From: a virus
Strand: one strand, 5' to 3'
UHGV virus genome: UHGV-0175528
Length of the DNA: 18,135 bases
The notes under the pieces were generated by a model that had not been told where the DNA came from, did not search any database, and was given only the letters and a program-made list of their open reading frames with translations. Every line of letters starts with the position of its first letter. Within the stretch, counting starts at the first letter, position 1. A program made the translations under genes and the position numbers. Below are positions 14,393-18,135 of this stretch, piece after piece.

Positions 14393-15780
14393 CAATACCA
14401 GTCTGGCGTAACGATGACCTGGAAGGCGCTGTTATTGGCGCGTTCTTTCTGCGTGGGGCAGATCCTGAAGTGATGGATATTCTGGCCACATTGCCGGCGG
14501 ACGTTTTTTCTGTACGAGCGTATCGGGATATCTACACAGGTATCTGCAGACAGGCCCGTGTTTCAGGTGTGATTGACCCTGTGCTGCTGTGTAATGAGAT
14601 GCCGGAACTTGCCCCGGTGATTACTGATACCGGGCGCAAAACCTGGGTGAAGTCGTCACTGGAGCACTATGTTGCAGCGTTGCGGCGCAATGCCGCATTG
14701 CGCGATGCAGAAAAAACACTGAATGAGGCGTTACAGAAATTACGTGATGCGCATACCTGTGAAGCAGCTGAAGATGCTCTGAAGGATGCGCAGAACATGA
14801 TGGCCTCATTGTCGACGGGGAAGGGTATTATTCAGCCGGTACATATTGATGATGTGCTTCCGGAAGTGGTTGAACGTGTTGAATGCCGGAATCAGGGGCT
14901 GGAGAAATCCAGGACGCTGATGACCGGTATTGATGAACTGGACGCAAAAACAGGCGGTATGGAACCCGGCGACCTGGTATTTATTGCGGCTCGTCCTTCG
15001 ATGGGTAAAACCGAACTGGCGCTGGATATCATCGACAAGGTGACTGAGCAGGGGCATGGTGTTCTTCTGTTCACAATGGAAATGGCGAACATCCAGATTG
15101 GTGAGCGCATGGTATCTGCGGCTGGAGGAATGCCGGTATCACGCCTGAAATCTGTCGCTCACTTTGAAGATGAAGACTGGGCGCGTTTCTCCCAAGGTGT
15201 GGGGCGGATGACCGGGCGTAATATCTGGATGGTGGACCAGGCGAACCTGACCATTGACGAGATATATGCAACAACGAAACACCACCTGATTAAACATCCG
15301 GAAACGGCGCTGGTGGTGGTTGATTATCTCGGGCTGATAAAAACCCGGAGCACGGGGCGTCATGACCTTGCCGTGGGTGAAATCTCAAAGGGGCTTAAAG
15401 GCCTGGCAAAATCCGGCGGATTACCGGTGGTTGCGTTGAGTCAGCTCTCCCGCGGTGTGGAGTCCAGGCCCAATAAACGCCCCATGAACTCAGACCTGAA
15501 AAATTCCGGAGAAATAGAGGCGGATGCAGACATCATTCTGATGCTTTACAGGGATGAAGTGTACAACCCGGATACGCAGGCCAGGGGCATCGCAGAAATC
15601 AATATCACGAAACAACGTAACGGTTCTCTGGGGACGATTTACCGGCGTTTTTATAACGGACATTTTCTGCCTGTGGATCAGGAAAGCGCACAGATTCTTT
15701 CTACCCCAATGCAGCAGCCCCAGCCGCGCAGATACAGCAACAAACGAACTGACAGCAGTAAGATGGAGCGTTTCTTTTGA
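14389..15780 (+). CDS. DnaB-like replicative DNA helicase
   Basis: ATG 14389 overlaps the upstream TGA (ATGA). Walker A ARPSMGKTELALDI and DnaB-type C-terminal RecA-like domain (VVVDYLGLIK, SQLSRGVESR). Confidence 0.9.
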   Translation: MTIPVWRNDDLEGAVIGAFFLRGADPEVMDILATLPADVFSVRAYRDIYTGICRQARVSGVIDPVLLCNEMPELAPVITDTGRKTWVKSSLEHYVAALRRNAALRDAEKTLNEALQKLRDAHTCEAAEDALKDAQNMMASLSTGKGIIQPVHIDDVLPEVVERVECRNQGLEKSRTLMTGIDELDAKTGGMEPGDLVFIAARPSMGKTELALDIIDKVTEQGHGVLLFTMEMANIQIGERMVSAAGGMPVSRLKSVAHFEDEDWARFSQGVGRMTGRNIWMVDQANLTIDEIYATTKHHLIKHPETALVVVDYLGLIKTRSTGRHDLAVGEISKGLKGLAKSGGLPVVALSQLSRGVESRPNKRPMNSDLKNSGEIEADADIILMLYRDEVYNPDTQARGIAEINITKQRNGSLGTIYRRFYNGHFLPVDQESAQILSTPMQQPQPRRYSNKRTDSSKMERFF

Positions 15781-16034
15781 ACAACCAGACAATACCTTTT
15801 ACCCCTGAACAATTACGTAAACAGGCACAGGAAATGTTGCGTCATGCTGAACAACTGGAAAAGACGGGGGTAACAAAAGATGCCATTCGTCGGGATGTGG
15901 TTCCAGCGCTCAGGGAACTGATGCAGGTGAAACATCGCGCACAAAAAGCGGTGGATGAGCTGGTGGACTGTGTGGCAGAGCTGGAAACCAGAGTTGGGAA
16001 GTTTGAAAAGCTGGTGCAGGAGGTGTTGCGCTGA
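15777..16034 (+). CDS. Hypothetical small protein (85 aa, predicted helical)
   Basis: ORF between the helicase and Q; the track start is TTG overlapping the helicase stop; first ATG is at 15834. Stop overlaps the Q start. Confidence 0.45.
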   Translation: MNNQTIPFTPEQLRKQAQEMLRHAEQLEKTGVTKDAIRRDVVPALRELMQVKHRAQKAVDELVDCVAELETRVGKFEKLVQEVLR

Positions 16035-16417
16035 TGCGTGATATTCAGATGGTTCTTGAGCGTTGGGGGGCATGGGTGGCAAATAACCACGAGGATGTTA
16101 CATGGCCATCAATTGCCGCCGGATTCAAGGGGCTTATTCCTCCAAAGGTTAAATCACGTCCGCAATGTAGTGATGATGACGCAATGGTTATTTGTGGGTG
16201 TATGGCTCGCCTGAAAAAGAACGACGGTGATTTGCATGATTTGCTGGTGGATTATTACGTAAGAGGAATGACGTTTATGGCGCTGGCCCGTAAGCATTAT
16301 TGTTCTGATGGATATATAGGAAAAAAACTTCAGAAGGCTGAAGGAATAGTCGAGGGGATGTTGATGGCATTGGGAGTGCGTCTTGAGATGGATCCTGAAG
16401 TTGGCAGGTGTAATTGA
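16034..16417 (+). CDS. quuD: Late-gene antiterminator Q (phage-82 / QuuD-like family)
   Basis: [34 protein letters not shown]...CGCMARLKK... closely matches my recollection of the E. coli DLP12 QuuD / phage 82 Q family; sits at the end of the early-right operon. Confidence 0.8.
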   Translation: MRDIQMVLERWGAWVANNHEDVTWPSIAAGFKGLIPPKVKSRPQCSDDDAMVICGCMARLKKNDGDLHDLLVDYYVRGMTFMALARKHYCSDGYIGKKLQKAEGIVEGMLMALGVRLEMDPEVGRCN

Positions 16418-16448
16418 CTAACGTTAGCTAACAAAGTTGAATAAAAAG

Positions 16449-16466
16449 GGGGCGTAAAAACGCCCC
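16449..16466 (-). terminator. Intrinsic terminator serving the convergent porin gene
   Basis: Minus strand reads GGGGCG-6 nt loop-CGCCCC followed by CTTTTTAT; further hairpins lie between it and the porin stop. Confidence 0.5.
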
Positions 16467-16609
16467 AGAAGTTTATGGTAAAAAAATAACAGAAGGTTTA
16501 AAAAAGAAAAGACAAAAATGTCTTTCTTAATGCAGTGACGTGAGGGCGTCACCCACATGTTATGAGGAGATAAATATCTCCTCACAACATATCTTTTTAT
16601 TAAAAAAGA

Positions 16610-17707
16610 TTAGAACTGGTAAACCATACCAACAGCAACAATATCGTCGGTGTTTATACCAAGACCTCTGGTGAAATCATTTTTGTCAAGCAGGTTGATT
16701 TTGTAATCAACGAAAGTAGACATATTTTTGTTGAAGTAATAGGTTGCGCCTACATCAACATATTTAACTAAGTCTTGATCGCCCCATACTCCGAGATCCT
16801 TACCTTTAGATTGCAGGTAAGCAACGGACGGACGCAGCCCAAAATCGAACTGATATTGTGCAACAGCCTCAACGTTCTGAGCTTTATTGGCGACGAAGCG
16901 ATCAGCAAATACCGTCATATTCTGGGTTTCAGAATAGGTAGTGGCTAGGTAAATGTTGTTAGCGTCATATTTCAGACCAGCGGCCCAAACTTCTGCATTT
17001 TTACCGGAAGCAAATACTCCAGGAAGAACTTTCCCTAGATTAACCTGAGTGTCGGTACGGTCAGATTTCGCATAAGTTGCACCAATACCGAATCCTTCGT
17101 ATTCATAGGTAGCAGAGAAACCAAAGCCATCACCATTACCTTTGGTGTAGTTATCGAAACCGCTACGATCGTTTTTGCCTTGGTACTGGGCGGCAAAGTT
17201 CAGGCCATCAACCAGACCAAAGAAGTCGTTGTTACGGTAAGTTGCAACACCAGTAGCACGTTGGGTCATGAATACATCTGTTTGAGTCCAGGTATCGCCA
17301 CCGAATTCCGGCAGAACATCGGTCCATGCGCCGATATCGTATGCTACACCGTAGTTACGACCATAATCGATGGAGCCGTAGTCACCGAATTTCAGGCCAG
17401 CGAACGCAAGGCGAGTTTTATCCCCGGAAGAACCTTGAGATTCAGCACGGTTGCCTTTGAATTCATATTCCCACTGACCGAAACCAGTCAGTTGATCGTT
17501 GATTTGGGTTTCGCCTTTGAAGCCCAGACGAGCATAAGTTTTGTCACCATCGTGTTTATCGTTAGAGGAGAAGTAGTGCTCGGCATTAACTTTTCCGTAC
17601 AGATCCAGTTTGTTGCTGTCTTTGTTATAAATCTCTGCTGCCTGAGCAGACATCGCCATTAATACTGACGCAGCTACAGCAGAGATTGCCACTGTTAATT
17701 TTTTCAT
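16610..17707 (-). CDS. nmpC: Outer-membrane general porin of the OmpC/OmpF/PhoE family (NmpC/Lc-like), apparently intact; lysogenic-conversion gene
   Basis: Signal peptide [23 protein letters not shown] then [17 protein letters not shown]...; C-terminal ...VGMVYQF with terminal Phe; 365 aa; AAGGA SD before the ATG. Confidence 0.9.
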   Translation of the reverse strand: MKKLTVAISAVAASVLMAMSAQAAEIYNKDSNKLDLYGKVNAEHYFSSNDKHDGDKTYARLGFKGETQINDQLTGFGQWEYEFKGNRAESQGSSGDKTRLAFAGLKFGDYGSIDYGRNYGVAYDIGAWTDVLPEFGGDTWTQTDVFMTQRATGVATYRNNDFFGLVDGLNFAAQYQGKNDRSGFDNYTKGNGDGFGFSATYEYEGFGIGATYAKSDRTDTQVNLGKVLPGVFASGKNAEVWAAGLKYDANNIYLATTYSETQNMTVFADRFVANKAQNVEAVAQYQFDFGLRPSVAYLQSKGKDLGVWGDQDLVKYVDVGATYYFNKNMSTFVDYKINLLDKNDFTRGLGINTDDIVAVGMVYQF

Positions 17708-18135
17708 CGTGAATCCTTAGTCCTTTTCGGAACTATTATTAAAAGATATTGTCACTGCGGCCTAAATATACATCTAATCGGTATGGCTATTTCAAGATAT
17801 GGAGTTTATTTAATGGTTCAAAGTGTGATCAAGATCTCGTTTATGCGTACTGGTAATTATTGACGATGTTTTTGTAATGAGGGATGCGTTTCTGAAATGC
17901 AATGAAAAGTTATTGTTTTTGTATTTTATAATGTAAATTTTTTGCGTGCTGGTTTACGTACGTAAAAATTTAAATATGATGTTAAGAGTGGTCACTTTGC
18001 CACACAGCTTAAACCAGCCGCCAAACGGGGTTTTTTATGCCCGAAAAGCGGCGCAGTACGTTAAACGCGCTGGTGGTTGCGAATACTGGTCTTTCAGCTT
18101 GCTGGCTTTTTCGACAAGAGTTATTGGTATGTCAC

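Larger units (their letters stand above)
1205..18135. mobile_element. Lambdoid prophage (cargo, int-xis, early-left, immunity, replication and Q regions, plus a porin moron), continuing beyond the right edge
   Basis: Canonical lambdoid order int-xis...cI/cro...initiator/DnaC/DnaB...Q, starting immediately at the tmRNA-3'-end att core. Confidence 0.8.

Noticed and set aside
14621-15363. Minus-strand ORFs (62-83 aa) within the DnaB-like helicase gene
   Set aside because: Nested antisense frames in a GC-richer gene with clear Walker motifs on the + strand.
17180-17662. 160-aa + strand ORF inside the porin gene
   Set aside because: Antisense to the full-length porin ORF.
16610-17707. Porin as a pseudogene (as nmpC is in E. 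coli K-12)
   Set aside because: The ORF is uninterrupted from signal peptide to C-terminal Phe, with no sign of an insertion; called intact.
18037-18135. Possible start of a late gene (MPEKRRSTLNALVVANTGLSACW...) running off the right edge
   Set aside because: Only about 33 codons are visible, the SD is weak (GGGG), and the resemblance to lambda-type holin N-termini (MPEK...) is too short to trust.

Overview
The window reads as the left arm, immunity region, replication module and Q antiterminator of a lambdoid prophage (enterobacterial, E. coli/Salmonella-like), inserted beside a 27-nt copy of what I recall as the tmRNA (ssrA) 3' end. Left of that att core lies a C-terminally truncated P4-type integrase, so two integrative elements appear to sit in tandem at one site. 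Prophage gene order (left to right): att core, a three-gene AT-rich cargo cassette on the + strand, int, xis, a leftward operon of mostly unknown genes (including an SPFH/band-7 lipoprotein operon), an HTH gene at the pL position, CI-like repressor, divergent Cro-like gene, two Rha-domain genes, a replication initiator carrying in-gene iterons, DnaC-like loader, DnaB-like helicase, a phage-82-type Q antiterminator, and a convergent intact OmpC/NmpC-family porin. The most interesting candidate is the cargo cassette between att and int (1367-3192): a SpoIIAB/RsbW-like GHKL serine-kinase-fold protein with an N-terminal STAS-like segment, a standalone STAS-like (DUF4325-like) protein, and a membrane-anchored protein. 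This looks like a phage-borne partner-switching module in a classic defence/moron hotspot. Other leads are a candidate oop-like antisense sRNA with promoter and strong terminator (11362-11450), a repeated gene-junction motif in the replication region, and several coupled gene pairs of unknown function. All calls rest on reading the sequence and the ORF track plus recalled family motifs; no database search was run.
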